Positions 11,310 to 24,500 of a stretch of 64,000 nucleotides of DNA are shown here, in pieces; the first letter of the stretch is position 1, and each line of letters starts with the position of its first letter. The stretch is from Eledone cirrhosa (lineage: Eukaryota). Position numbers and translations under genes: made by a program. The stretch is from contig OZ024740.1 of the NCBI GenBank assembly GCA_964016885.1, forward strand, positions 43,338,001 to 43,402,000. The letters are read 5' to 3'. The notes under the pieces were generated by a model. The model was not told the origin of the DNA, ran no database searches, and saw only the letters and a list, made by a program, of their open reading frames with translations.

Positions 11310-11430
11310 CTAATTCCATTTGAAGGATGGAATGGCTCTGCCAGTGCATCTCCCTTACCATCCTCCGGGTAAACGCCTTCTCCATTGTGTCCGCCGGGAT
11401 GTGGGGCGGCCAGCACGTGGAACCCCATCT
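11310..11430 (+). mobile_element. CRE-clade RLE LINE 3' fragment
   Basis: EWLCQCISLTILRVNAFSIVSAG matches the CRE-type C-terminal FQRISxAxxRGNA motif and is homologous to 20610-20735 (minus). Confidence 0.55.
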
Positions 11431-11799
11431 GTTCACAATACGGAGAGATGGAGGCGATGACAGTGGGAGTTTGGCTCTTACATGTTCGGACACATTGCAC
11501 CTGTCATGTAGATCATGTGATAATTTCATTTTATTCTATTGACTACACATTTAAATCAATGATTCTGGAAACAGCTTCTGTTATAATTCTACAATATGTT
11601 TTATGTTAGTACAAATAATAATCACAAACGATTGAACCATTACATTCACTTGCATTTGAAGGATGAATCTAACAAAATTGCACGTTTAAATCACAATTGC
11701 AACACCGTGCATCTTTCTTTGCACATCTAAGTTAAACTTCATTGCGAGAAATTGTTAAAGCTGATTTTGTCTGTTTCTCTACGTTCTATAATTAAAGAT

Positions 11800-12007
11800 C
11801 GATCGACTTTCGTCAAATCGGACCGAAGAAACAATGTTTTTGTCGGTCTTTCCAGTTGCTATCTATCGGTCGCAACTCCAGGTAGAAGGAGCAACAGGAA
11901 ATAAAGTATCTTGCTCAAGGACATAACGCATCGCCCGGTCCAGGAATCGAACTCACAATCTCAAGATTTTGAATCCAATTCTCTAACCACTCAATCACAT
12001 GCCTTCA
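11800..12007 (-). mobile_element. tRNA-derived SINE with conserved central domain
   Basis: Minus strand: GAAGGCATGTGATTGAGTGGTTAGAG...GAGTTCGATTCC (A/B boxes), then TGTCCTTGAGCAAGATACTTTATTTC, typical of core-domain SINE superfamilies. Confidence 0.65.
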
Positions 12008-12959
12008 TAACAAACGGGTGATAAATCAGTGTCATACCATTATTGCTACCCATTCTTCGGAAGAAAATCGGTTTATATTTATGAATCGTTATATCTGAAG
12101 TAGTTAGGCTGCACTTCATTTCAAGATATGTTTTTCCAATCATTATGTTTTTCTGCAATGAATAATATTTCATTGATTAACACTTCAGTTAATCGAACTT
12201 TCAATGCTTGATTGTTGTTCAGCAGTTTCTTTATTGATGTCGTGTTTAATGTTTAGGGCGTAGAGAAAAAGTGATCACCAGAATAAAGTCAATATTTTGC
12301 AGGTGTATATGTGTGTGTGTGGTGTGTGCGTGTGCGTGTGTGTGGGTTTGTGTGTGTGTTTGGGGGGGGGGGGTGAGATAGATAGAGAGAGAGCGAGAGA
12401 ATGTGTGTGTGTATATGTATTTATATATCCGATGGAGATAAAAGAGAAGAGATGTAAGTTAACTAACAATATTAGGTAAGAAGTAAATATAAAATAAATA
12501 TATTTATGAGATAAACAAAGTGTAATACAAAATGCATGTAAGTTAACAGAAACTGAAATAAAAATAAATAAAGATATCCATACATTTAGGTAAATGTAAT
12601 TATATATTACATTGATGCAAGAAATGAGATTCATGTAATACAAATTGATGATTCTTAAACTTTCTTGACATACATACATACACACATACATACATAAAAG
12701 CATGCATACATACATACTTACATACAGATAAGGGTACGCATTCTCATATAGAAATGATCTTGCAACTATGGATATTTTAATTAAATCATCCGGTGTTTTG
12801 GAATTTTAATTAAACTTAATTATTAAGAGCTTATTGGAATTTGCTCATACATTTATTTATTCGATTTAAACGTCCGTATAGAGCTAGTAAGTCATGACAG
12901 ACAAGGGGAAGTATCGAGTACTCTTTGCAATTGGTAATCAAAAAGAGCTAATGAGACAA

Positions 12960-13560
12960 ATAATACAAAAATAAAATAAAATAAAATAAAATAAAATACA
13001 AATAAAACGAAAGGCCAATGGGAGGCAGATTATGCACAAGAAAACGAAAAGGAAAAGGAAAATAGGAAACAAGGGAAGCTGTAAAACAGCTAGAAGTTTC
13101 TACTGTTGAATCCTTTCGTAGCTTCCATGTACTCAAAGATGTTGTTTATATTTAGTAGACCTGTAGTCATATATCGAACTTCCCATCTTGGTAGTTTTTT
13201 AATGATTGGTTTCAGCATGGCCTCTCTCTCGGTCTGAGAGTTTCTATACTGGAACAAATAGTGCCAAAGTGTTTCTGGAGAGTCAACACAAGAACATACA
13301 GGTGATTTTCTACGACCTATTCTTGATAGAATGTAGTTCAAAGGTATATGTCCATTTCAAAGCGAGCATAGTATTTGTTATATTTGCATTACTCACTGAT
13401 CGATAAGTTTTGAATGTTTTCAAATCTGTTTGAGATATATGTTTGTATGTATATCCTCGACATCAGCGAAGCATACAACATTTTCTGGAGGGCAAATCTC
13501 CTCTCCAAACTGCCCGGCTAAGCGCTTTATCAGTCAGTCAACTATTCTAAGCCTAACAAT
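12960..13560 (-). mobile_element. I/R1-group LINE 3' fragment (RNase H tail + CCHC knuckle remnants)
   Basis: GHIPLNYILSRIGRRKSPVCSCVDSPETLWHYLF matches RxGHxxLNxxL..CxCxxxETxxHxL. A degenerate RNase H end (DKALSRA) lies near 13510-13550, with a T-rich 3' UTR. Confidence 0.5.
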
Positions 13561-13584
13561 ATATCATATTGCTCCATGATATTT

Positions 13585-13900
13585 TTGCCAGCGGCGTTCC
13601 TTTGACTTATACTGTATAAACCCTGGTGTGCCGTAGTGATTGGTTTTCAACCCGAGTATTTTCATTCTCTACATCAATGCTCTACTATCCATCACGTACA
13701 GCAACACTCACCTTTATGTAGATGATATCAACCTTCGTTCTTACGTAGCCATGACCAAATAAGGATCCTCTGCATACAATCCCGACTCCTCGTGCAGATT
13801 CGATACCGATCCTAAGAACAGAGACCTCGAAAGACCCCGGCAATGCCATCATGTCACGCACGTCCTTTTCAACATCAAAAACAGCAAGACAAATATTGCT
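13585..13900 (+). mobile_element. Degenerate LINE RT fragment (CR1/L2/Jockey group)
   Basis: GVP.. at 13593, FILYINAL at 13661 and YVDDI at 13715 correspond to RT motifs GVPQG, LFxLYINDL and YADD. Confidence 0.5.
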
Positions 13901-14175
13901 ATTTTTAAGAATATATCATTATATACTCTCACAGACAAATGTCTTGGTCATGTAATATCTGGTAGAGAATTTATGTGATAGCTAAAGTTTGAATGCTGGA
14001 TATCTGTTGATGAGGGCAGAAGTTATACAGATGTGGTAGGCAATTAACCTACAAACCTCTTAGCAATAGGATAAGGTGTGTAAAAGAAAATAAATAACAG
14101 AAACATTTAGCAACGTAGACGTCATAAGGTAATCCCAGATGTAATTATATTGTATGAGACAAATGGTCATAACAT

Positions 14176-14349
<174 letters not shown>

Positions 14350-14769
14350 GCATCTCTCTCCTTTTCTTTGTTTGTGTGTGTGTTATTTATAAGGTTAATA
14401 GCTCCATGTCATATGATCGGTAAATTAATAAAGCTAATGAAATTACAGGTTATGAAAATCTGTATCATTTGTCTGCGAAACAAAAGATTTGAAATTATAT
14501 TTGCCAGTTTGTTTTTGTATAGAGGAATGTTAACATCAACTCTTTTCAGAACTGGTGTATTTACATAAATATTAATTACATGTTGATTTCAGGTCATATA
14601 TGAAGGTAGAACTATATTCTCATTCATGAAAGAGTCTCGAGAGTGTAATTTCTCAGATAAAATTAATAGTTTCATATAGCCGCATTGGTAAATCAGGAAA
14701 ATATAAAACGTCAAATACTGCACCAATTCATTTCAATTACGGCTAAAACAACAACAACAACAATAATAA

Positions 14770-14859
14770 TAATTGTTTCTACTTTTGGCACAAGGCCAGC
14801 AATTACCCAGTACATTACTGGTACTTTATTTGATCGACCCTGTAAGGATGAAAGGCAAA
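14770..14859 (-). mobile_element. SINE family 1, 3' half (cut at the Tx1 tail)
   Basis: TTTCTACTTTTGGCACAAGGCCAGCAATT...ACTGGTACTTTATTTGATCGACCCTGTAAGGATGAAAGGCAAAG is the reverse complement of the family core. Confidence 0.8.
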
Positions 14860-14861
14860 GA

Positions 14862-17800
14862 ATAATAATAATGCTTTCTTTATTAACCACAAAGGTTTTC
14901 ACGAAGTAAAACATTAAGGACAATACAGGACAATACAAGACGGTACAAATGGGAATTTCTGCGTGTAAAAAAAAAAGAAACAGAGGATGTAGCAAAAAAA
15001 AAACAATGAAAAATTCCCCAATAGGGGGGAGACTTCCGAGGGACATTCGTGGAGAAAGCCCATTAAAAAAGCCACGGTGACGTGCCCTCTCTCAGTTTTC
15101 CACCTTCAATTTACAGGCGCATACTCAGAGTGGGCCCATTCACTCGTGCCATGCTTGCCTCTCTCACCCATCTTTCAACAGCATGCTGGGAAGAGAGTAC
15201 TTCCCTCTCTACCCTGATTTTCCTTTTCAAATGAAATTTGAAAAAGTTAATCAGTGCATCACCGAGGAGGTAAGTGCTCGTCTTCAGTCCTTTCAAACGT
15301 GTCCACCACACTATCTCTTTCGTGATGGCCAACAGATAGATACAAACTGCCTGCCCTTCCGGCTAAAATAAGGGGGGGGGGGGGCAATCCTCACAATGGA
15401 CTCAGCTGATAGCCGTATCAGTCCTACACGCGACAGCAGGTGTTCGACATAAACCCACAAGTCGACAATGCTCGGACACTGGACGAGTTGGTGCAGGACG
15501 GTTTCGTGGCCCTGTGCGCATCTCGGACATGCCCGGCTGACGGCACCTCCATGCCTGTAGAGTTTATCCCGAACTGGCAAAGCTCCTTGGTAGCACTGCC
15601 AGGCCAGGGATTTCTGGATGTTGTCCATAGGCCCCGGCCCGAAAGTTCTCCCGAACAGATTGGTTAGTTCATTTTCGTCGACGCCCAGAGTCTCCCCAAG
15701 TACGTCATTGCTCTTTCCCGTCCACTAATCCTCTATAGAACGCCGAGGTGGAATTTCCACCGATCACATTGCTCGACTGGTCGAGGTTTGTGAGCGCCTG
15801 AAAACATTCCAGTCTCCAAGCGCTCCCTCTCGGTCTTCGCTTGACCTAGGACTGCAGCTCCGTTAAGGAGACGAGCTGGGGAAAGATGCGTCTAGCAAAC
15901 GGCGACCATACCTGATCACCGTCGTGGAAGAGCTGGAGGTGTCGTAGCCTGAGCGAGTGTCTGTGCATCATCACCCACGGCATGCCCAGCCCTCCACGTA
16001 GCGGGTGTTGACAGCAGATGGACCGCCTGACCATCGGAGCGCGTCCCTTCCACAAAAGGCGAAAGAGCAAACGTTCCAGCACCATCAGGCGAGGCTTAGG
16101 ACAAGGCACGACAATCAGGCAGTAGTAGATGACGTACGCTATGTATGCATTCGCCATCTCCGCTCGACCTTTTTGGGATAGCTCCCTCTCCGCCCATTTG
16201 TGGGTGAGAGAAGCCACCCTGCTCGTCACCTGGTCCCAGTTTTTGTCCGTCTGGAGGTCTGGACCGAACCAGACCCCTAGCAATTTAACCGGTCCATCCG
16301 TCCAGCGCCCGACGACGCTCTTGGACGGCTTGGACCTGCCTCTACAGGTGCAGAGCTGCAGGCCCACCGACATTTCTTGGTTGATCATTGCTCCTATCAA
16401 CGCCTCGTATTCTCTTAGTGTAGTGCCGATCACCTCGATGTGTTTGGCGTTCGACTCCACTACGGTGACATCGTCTGCATATGCTGACATGGAACTTCCG
16501 CATCCCAGTTCGCGTGGGAACCCTCAACGTCTCCAGTTTGTGGAGTAGTAGCTCGAGAGTCAATACGTACAACAGAGAGGAGAGAGGACATCCTTGGCGG
16601 ACCGAGTGCATGATGTTGAACGGTTCCGAAAGGTGACCGTTCACTCCTACCACAGAGCAGTGCGATCCAGCCTCTGAAGACGGGCCCAAAGCCAGCCGCC
16701 CTCAGGACTGCCGCCAGATTTTGATGGTCGACTCTATCAAATGATTTAGATCGATCCAAGTTGATCAGGGCCCCACTGTGCCAGGTTCCTTAACCACCCT
16801 CTCTATGATGTATCGCATGAGATGGAGGTTGTCGTGGATGGATCTGTCCGGAATGACGCAGGTCTGCGCATCTCCTAACAGATCACCGACGACAAGCGCC
16901 AATCTCTTTGCTAACACATTGGCCACAATCTTAAACTCTGCGTTTAGCAGAGTTATCGGCCTGAAGTTGTCTATAACGTTCCGGTCTTTTCTCAGCAGCG
17001 CCACCGCTCCCCGGCTCACAAAACTGGGAATTCTCCCCAAGAGGTCGCCGAACAGGTCTGGCATATACGCATAAAGCCAGTAGGGCAGACCATCCAAACC
17101 TGGAGATTTACCTTTCGTGTAGTCAGACATCGCTTCCCGTATTACACCTGCTGTTATCGGCTTTTCGCAGCACTGCGCTGCAGTCGTCGAGAGCTGAGGC
17201 AGTTCGTCGAGGTATGCACCGAAGTCCATACTCTGATCCGGCCGCCGCCGCTCCCGAACAATTGAGCAAAGTGATGTTGAATAGTCGCACACATCTGCTC
17301 GGGTTCGAGCAATATGCGCCCGTTTTGATCAGGCAAAGACCGAATTGTGAATTGTTGCCACGTCGCGCCTCCACCACCCGGATCCATTGAACGGCTTTCG
17401 TCCCCTCGTGTCTTAGAGCACGCGCTCTAGCTCTGATAACGCAGCCTTCATGATTTGCGTTGAAGAATTGATCGAGTGCCAATCTCGCCGCAAGCACGTC
17501 GGTTGCGATGCCTGTCCTAAACGCCTCTTCTAGCTTTCTAACTCTCCCTCTACTCTATTTTCCTCTATCACTACTCCTTTGCTAAACCTTATCGATTCTA
17601 CTCTAATAGCCCTTTCCAGGGTAAACCACCACCTGTTGTTGACGATCGCACCCGTCAAAGCACGCTTAACTAATTCGCTAATCCGGTCTCTGTAAGCTTT
17701 CCGCGCCGGGAACAACGCGTTCAGCTTCCAGTAGCCGGGCCGATGCCTATGGAGTCTATCTAACTCAACTTCACAGATCACAAATGTGTGGTCCGTGTGT

Positions 17801-18062
17801 CAACTACTTCAACTTGTGGACGACATACACTAGCCTTATCCGTTTCTCTACAGAATACCCTATCTAAATACGATCTGGATGACCAGATGTGGTTTGCCCA
17901 TGTCCACATTGGCACATACGGATAATGAAGCCTATACCTGTCAGACAGTTCAAAACGTCTGAGCAGGATGTTGAGGCTTTTACACCCTCCTGCCCTGTAT
18001 ACTAGCCCCACATAATCCCAGTGTGCATCTAAGATACCGTTCCAGTCGCCCACTAATACTAA
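14862..18062 (-). mobile_element. L1/Tx1-type non-LTR retrotransposon, 5'-truncated, degenerate ORF2
   Basis: APE remnants (LVGDWNGILD, SYLDRVF, PGYWKLN), RT motifs (KSPGLDGLPY, NFRPITLLN, DRSKSFDRVD, VRQGCPLS, YADD) and a C-terminal CPRC..ETVLHQLVQC. The 3' end is AATAAAGAAAGC(ATT)n. It is homologous to 32324-35960. Confidence 0.9.
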
Positions 18063-19708
18063 AAAGCGTGAAGATCAAGAGAGGTATCATCCAGGGAGAT
18101 AGCCTGTCCCCTCTGCTGTTTGTCCTTGCCCTGATGCCCCTGACCAGTGTACTGCTAAAAGTGAGAGCAGGATACAGGTTGGGAAAGGGAGGGCTTACCA
18201 TCAATTACCTCCTCTTCATGGACGATCTTAAGCTCTTCGGGAAGAGTGAGAAGGAGTTGGATGTGCTTGTTGACACTGTCCGTATTTTCAGCAATGATAT
18301 ATGTATGCAATTTGGTATTAGTAAGTGTGGAGTCATTGTGATGAGGAGGGGTAAGTTGAGCAGAAGTAACGGAATCCAGATACCAACAGGTGAGATGATA
18401 AAGGAAATTGACTCTGAGGAAGGATACAAGTATTTGGGCGGTCTGGAGGCTGATGACATCAAGAACAAAAAAATGAAGGAATTGATAAAAACTGAATACC
18501 TTCGGAGAGTAAGGAGCGTATTAAAGTCACATCTGAACAGTAGGAATGCCAGTAAATTCCCGAGCTGTGTCTATTATTAGGTACAGTGCGGGAATTCTGA
18601 GATGGAATGTTGCTGAACAAAAAGAAATGGATAGGAAGACTAGGAAGCTATTGACTATCTACAATATGTTCCACAAGAGGAGTGATGTCGATAGACTCTA
18701 CTTAAGGAGATCTGAAGGTGAAAGAGGTCTTATCAGCATAGAAGACTGTGTTCAGATGGAGAAAAACAACCTACACAAATACGTGACTGATAGTAAGGAG
18801 CCAATGCTCAGAACTGTACTGAAGGAGGGGACAATAGGCCATGGGATGTCCAAGGAGGAAATAACATCAAGGAGAAAGAGCAGCCTTCAGGAAAAATCCC
18901 TTTATACTACCTTCTTTGTGAAAACTGAATTTAGAGATCCACAGACATGGAACTGGTTGAAAAGAGGAGACCTTAAAAAGGCTACAGAAGGAATGTTAAT
19001 GGCTGCGCAGGAGCAGGCCCTCAAAACGAAGTGGTTGAAACACCACATTTACAAGGAGGAGGCTAGCCCACTGTGCAGGATCTGTGGAGAGAGAGAGGAG
19101 ACTGTGGCTCACATTGTATCCGAGTGTAAACACCTAGCCCAGACTCACTATAAGGGCTGGAGACATGATGTGATGGGCAGGGTGATCCACTGGCACCTAT
19201 GCAAAGTAAACAAATTAACACATTCTGAGAAGTGGTATGAGCATAAGCCAGAGTCGGTGATAGAAAACGATCAGGTGAAGGTGCTGTGGGATTTTAGGAT
19301 ACAGACGGACAAGAAACTGGAACACAATAGACCTGACCTGGTGGTTTTGAACAAAGAAAAAAGATCGTGCCTGATTGTGGATGTGGCCTGCCCATTCGAC
19401 ACGAGAGTGCAAGAGAAGGAGAGGGAGAAAATTAACCGATACCAGGACTTAAAGTGGGAGGTAAAAAGGATTTGGAACTGCCATGAAGTCAAAGTGATCC
19501 CGATTGTCATAGGCGCACTAGGGACTATCTCAAAAAGTTTCCAGTGATGGTTAAAGAAAATTGGCCCCCTCACGCTTTTTGGAACGCTTCAAAAGGCATG
19601 CTTGCTGGGAACAGCAAGAACCCTCCGATACGTACTGAATATCTGAGGCTGCAGGTAGTGGCTTTCCAGTTAACTAACATCAATGACTGAGACTCAAAGA
19701 GTAATAAC

Positions 19709-19747
<39 letters not shown>
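18063..19747 (+). mobile_element. R4/Dong-clade RLE non-LTR retrotransposon, 5'-truncated, young
   Basis: RGIIQGDSLSPLLF and FMDDLKLF (RT), CRICGEREETVAHIVSEC (CCHC), and RHD..RPDLVV..IVDVACPFD..EKINRY (restriction-like endonuclease). There is one frameshift near 18550 and one stop at 19545. The frame ends YVLNI* at 19646, followed by a (TAA)n tail at 19703-19747. Confidence 0.9.
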
Positions 19748-19870
19748 TTCTACCATAGGCACAAGGCCAGCAATTTTGAGAGAGGGGGAAAGTGGATTAA
19801 ATTGACCTGGTGCTTCATTTTATCGATCACATAATGATAAAATGGTTGAATATTTGAACGCCTTTCGCTA
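19748..19870 (-). mobile_element. Degenerate SINE family 1-related copy
   Basis: TTCTACCATAGGCACAAGGCCAGCAATTTTG...TTTTATCGATC, the reverse complement of the SINE 3' part. Confidence 0.55.
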
Positions 19871-20599
19871 TGAATTTTTAAGGTTGTAACCAGCGCCACA
19901 CACCTAATCGCAGCAAAAGCAAGGTGAAGTAATCGACTACGTGTTGTTTCTCTCTCGCTGGTGTTTATCAAGAGTACAGATCTCCCTAATTCTGCAGAGA
20001 TTAAAATAAGCTAGGCTTTTATCAATGTTTTGCTTATGCATATGTGCTGATGAAGCTCATTTGTATACAGAGCGGTACCGACTCCGCTTAAATATTTTTC
20101 AAAAACGTTCCGTATATTATTCAATATACAACACATACATGTGTATATAACGCTATGTTAGTGCACCAATAGTAAGTTTTGAGTGATATAATTTCCTGAA
20201 AAAATATGATTCTACTAATATTTTAATCGTATATATCAGCAGGTTATAACATTTGTCAAAACCAGAAGAAACCCGTAAGTAATAAAACCCAATAAAAAAC
20301 AAATGAATAGAAAAACCACCACCACCACCATCATCCACCACCAAAACCACCACCACCACCGCCACCACCATCACCACCATCACCACCACCAACATCATTA
20401 TTACTATTATTAGGATTTTTATTAGACCCATTATTATTGTTGTAGTTTTTGTTCTTGTAGCTACCCTCTATAGCGTTGTCGTTATCATTGTTGTAAACAA
20501 TCAACAATATATTATTTAGATTTTATTAATTACTAGTTTTGAGTGTGTGTGTCAGCATTCTCAAACCTTTTGTCTGAAAACTGCCACCCTACGCCTATC

Positions 20600-20735
20600 T
20601 TAATATGTCGTCCGCCTCGTGGTCCGGACCGTCAGCATGGAGAAAACTTTTCCCCGGAGGACGGTGAGGGAGATGCGCTGGAACAGCGACTCCACCTCGC
20701 GGGGCTTGCTCCTGCGGGCAGCCATCTCTGCTCTG
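20600..20735 (-). mobile_element. CRE-clade RLE LINE 3' fragment
   Basis: Minus-strand translation MAARRSKPREVESLFQRISLTVLRGKVFSML. Confidence 0.55.
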
Positions 20736-21304
20736 ATAGCAGTGTTTTTACTTTCTGATGTTATTGTCATTCATGTATTTGTTTTTGTTTTTGTCTAGGC
20801 TACGTTCAAAGATTAGGGATAGTTATTGTTGTCTATTTCTGTTTTGCTGCTGATTTTGTTGTTATAGTCTTTTGTCTTTGTTTGAGCTACTTTCTTTTAT
20901 CTCCGTGACGAGTTCAAGGTCAACAATATTTGACTATAGATAGATTAATGACATCATTTCTTTGAGGTCACTACTACTATAAAACTTTGTCAACCTATTT
21001 TAATAAAAAAGCAGGGGTGATACTATTAGAAAACTTACAGCTTATGAGAAACTATTGTATGAGAAAAATATTACTTTGAAAATATGAAAAGGTTCTTTGT
21101 CCTATCCATCTCTGGGGAAAATTCTTTCCTGTCATTAGACAGCCTCATTATTCAAACGATGGAACAAAACATGTAAACAAAACTGTCGAAATAAGAAAAA
21201 GATTGGACATAAACTCACCGCCGACACAAAGCGTTTGTATAGCTTTGACCCCTCTCAACACTTTTTCGGGTTACCTAGCATGTTGTTCTTGATATTTATT
21301 CGTG

Positions 21305-21525
21305 ATGGATTGGCAGTATCGGTAGAGCGTCGGATAACACTCTTTGTGGCATTGAGTTACGGCCATTTACGTTCTGAGTTCAAATCCCACCGAGGTTAGC
21401 TTTCCCTTTCATCCTTACGAGGTCGATAAAATAAAGTACCAGTAATAAACTGGTGTTGATTTAATCGACTTTTTCTTCCCTGCATATTGCTGGTCATGTG
21501 CCTATAGTAGAAGTCATCATCATTA
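21305..21525 (+). mobile_element. tRNA-derived SINE family 1, full-length
   Basis: TGGCAGTATCGGTAGAGCG (A-box), GTTCAAATCC (B-box), the shared core and an (ATC/ATT)n tail. Confidence 0.85.
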
Positions 21526-21535
21526 TTATTATAAA

Positions 21536-24500
21536 CTAGCAGATTTACCCGGCGTTGCCCGGGGTTTGAAATCATGCTAAGAATATACAGCTAGGAAGTA
21601 AAAGAAGAAAATTATTTGTCCCCAACCTGTCAAAATAAGCAGAAGCCTTCAATAAATAATGCAAACGAATATTTAGTGCAATCTTTGTACACATAAAACT
21701 ATGTTGATAATGAAGGAAAACACTGAACAGGATGTAGTTATACAAATGATTAAAGACAATACACGTTGCAAATCTGTAAAAAAAACAGGCAGTTTTGCTA
21801 AAGTACAAAAAGTTTTAATGAAAGCAGAGTTGTATACAAACAAAAAACCAATGAGAGTAGAATAAGAGAAAACGTATTCTTTGAGAGCATCCTTTGCTGT
21901 GTATGGTTACATTTTGAACTTATAATCCAAAATATCCTGCATGACATATTCATTGGTATGTTTTGTAATAAGTAAGGTGAATTCAAGGCAGAGCTGTAAT
22001 AAGTGTTTTTGTTAACACTAAAGCACTTCAGGATAGACGATATTCTTTGTTTTTCTTTTCGGAACAAACGCAAAGAGATTATCTCGACTGCCAACTCGTG
22101 AGCAGGCAACGTAGAATTGTCTGTGCGAAAAGCAAGGTTCATCCAAGTGAATTCCAGCGACGGACAGAGTTTGACCTTGTGACTTGTTTATGGACATCGC
22201 AAAGGCAACACGAAGGGGAAATTGGGTTCGGCGAAAGCAGAAGGAGGTCTCCACGCCTGATGTAGTCAGACTAAGTTTTGTTATTATCACATCCTCGCCT
22301 TTTCCACATCCAGATAGAATGGTAGCGTCAATACTAAGTGGAGACAGTTTTTTAACCACAAGGCGTGTACCATTGCATAGTTTTGGAGGGGGTGATATTT
22401 CTCAGCAAAATAACTGGCGTTCCCTCTTTCAGAACCAATGTATTACGAGGTAAACCGGGAGGATTTAAAGAATTTAGAAATTCAACTGGATAATTGACCG
22501 CATCCTGTGGATCACATACAGTATCAATAGATTTATATATCCGTGGACATCCAAGAAGAAGCTGAAGAAGCTGATCGTTAATACAGCTAACCGTGATATT
22601 TTGGGGTGCAAGAATGGCTCTTTCGCATAGCCAATCAAGATTCGTATAGTTAGCACGCAAGTTCGGGAATACACTCGCCTTGAGATCATCGATAGTTTCA
22701 ACTACATTGCAGATGTGATCAATTGATATGTGTCCATCTGTATCCGGAGGTAGGTTACCATCTCCTATTGTAAGAAGGTCTCCAGAAAATGTTGATGACA
22801 GAGGGTCCCCATGCAACCTTGCACGCATGTTGGTAGTTAGTCTTAATGATGTCACTTGTCGACACAATGGTGAAGACTTAAGACATGCATTTACTGCATC
22901 TACTCTTGTTCCTGTCGGTATTATAAGAAGAGTGTGTCTGAAGCCTCCTGATAGCAGAAGGGTGACACCCCCCATAACATCATTGCAATCCCGTATGTCT
23001 TGCAAAGACCTGTCTAGTGCCTCAAGAGTACCTTTGTGCGCCATTGTGCACTCATCCCAAACAATAAGGTGAGACCTTCGCAGCAGATGAGCCCTTTCGG
23101 AGTCTTTGGTGATATGACAAGTAGGAGTTTCCAAATTTGCCAAATCAAGGGGCAATTTAAAAACTGAATGTGCCGTCCTTCCACCAGGGAGCAAAGATGG
23201 TGCGATTCCAGAGGACGCAACTGCTATTGCTATGTCCTTATCCTGTCTAACTTTTGCAAGAAGAAGTTTAGTAACGAAAGGTTTTCCTGCCCCCCCCCCC
23301 TGGAGCACCGAGGAAAAATATGCCACCTCTTCTTTGAAATACCGATTCAGTAATGGTGGTATAAGCCAGTCGCTGATCAGCTAGAAGTTTTGGTTCATTA
23401 CCTGTGATGTACAGGCCAAGATCATGGATGTCATAAGAAGTCTCCTGTATGATATCTGTGGGAAGTTTGTTTGAGTCCATGTGATGAGTTTCTGGTAAAC
23501 CGTAATCATGTAAAACCTTTCCTCCAATCAGAGCTAACTTGTCCTCAATATCAATGAGAGCTCTGTTGTATAATTCATTAATAAAGCCGACCTCTATGTC
23601 TGGAAGCAGCAATTGTGCTTGGTGTCTGTAGTCGTCTGTTAGTTCATCTCTATATTTCATCCACAAGGACAGAGGATCAGATAAGTTGCACGAGTGCAAA
23701 CGTACCGCAAATAAATTTCTTAGGCTGGCAGGTGAATGTCAAAGAGCAACTTCTGCCATCGTTGCATCCCACTGCGAACCATCTTCCAGCAATCTACGCC
23801 TCAAACTTGCCTTTGTGTATGTTGGAAGAACTTGTCCGTCTAACGTTCGGAGATCATCAAAGCAGGTAGGTCCTCTGACCTCATGTAGTAGCATGCGAAG
23901 ATGGAAGCACTCGTATTGGTTTGGGGGCACAGTATAAACTCTGCCCAAGCACTGGTTGAACGTGATGCCTGGATAACCTTCGACACACTGTCCTGTTTCT
24001 CTTCGCTTCCATGTATTTTTGTCCCAGGTATAGTAAGGTGGGACTTGTGGATATAGTAAGGTTTTAGCAAATGGATCTTCTTGACATAGTTTAAGGAAAG
24101 CGGTAAGAGTAGTATCCTTTGGTTCTTGTGCTAACTGAGCAGCTGATGCATTCGCAAAATATACTCTCTGACCGTTCTCCAGGTGCACTTGGAGTTTTTG
24201 AACAGCAGGATGCCGTTGATGTATAACAAATCCGAAAATCCGCCAGAACGCTTCATTAGAGTTAATGTATCTTCCAGTTTGGTACTGGGCCACTTCATCT
24301 CGGCTGTTTTCCCGAAGTAATCGAAACGTAGCAGCATCAGAGCCTTTATTAATGTACTTACAAATGTATTTTATAGATTTAATCGAATTACAGTATTTTA
24401 CGTTGACGTGTGCTTCAAAAAACTTTATAAGGAGTGGATTATATGGAACAACCGATCTGTTGTCAACCTCATGTTTGCCAACCCTTGCTGTGAATCCACC

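Noticed and set aside
20044-20087. Functional hammerhead at 20 kb
   Set aside because: CTGATGA and stem II are present, but the GAAA box reads GGTA. It is counted only as a decayed remnant.
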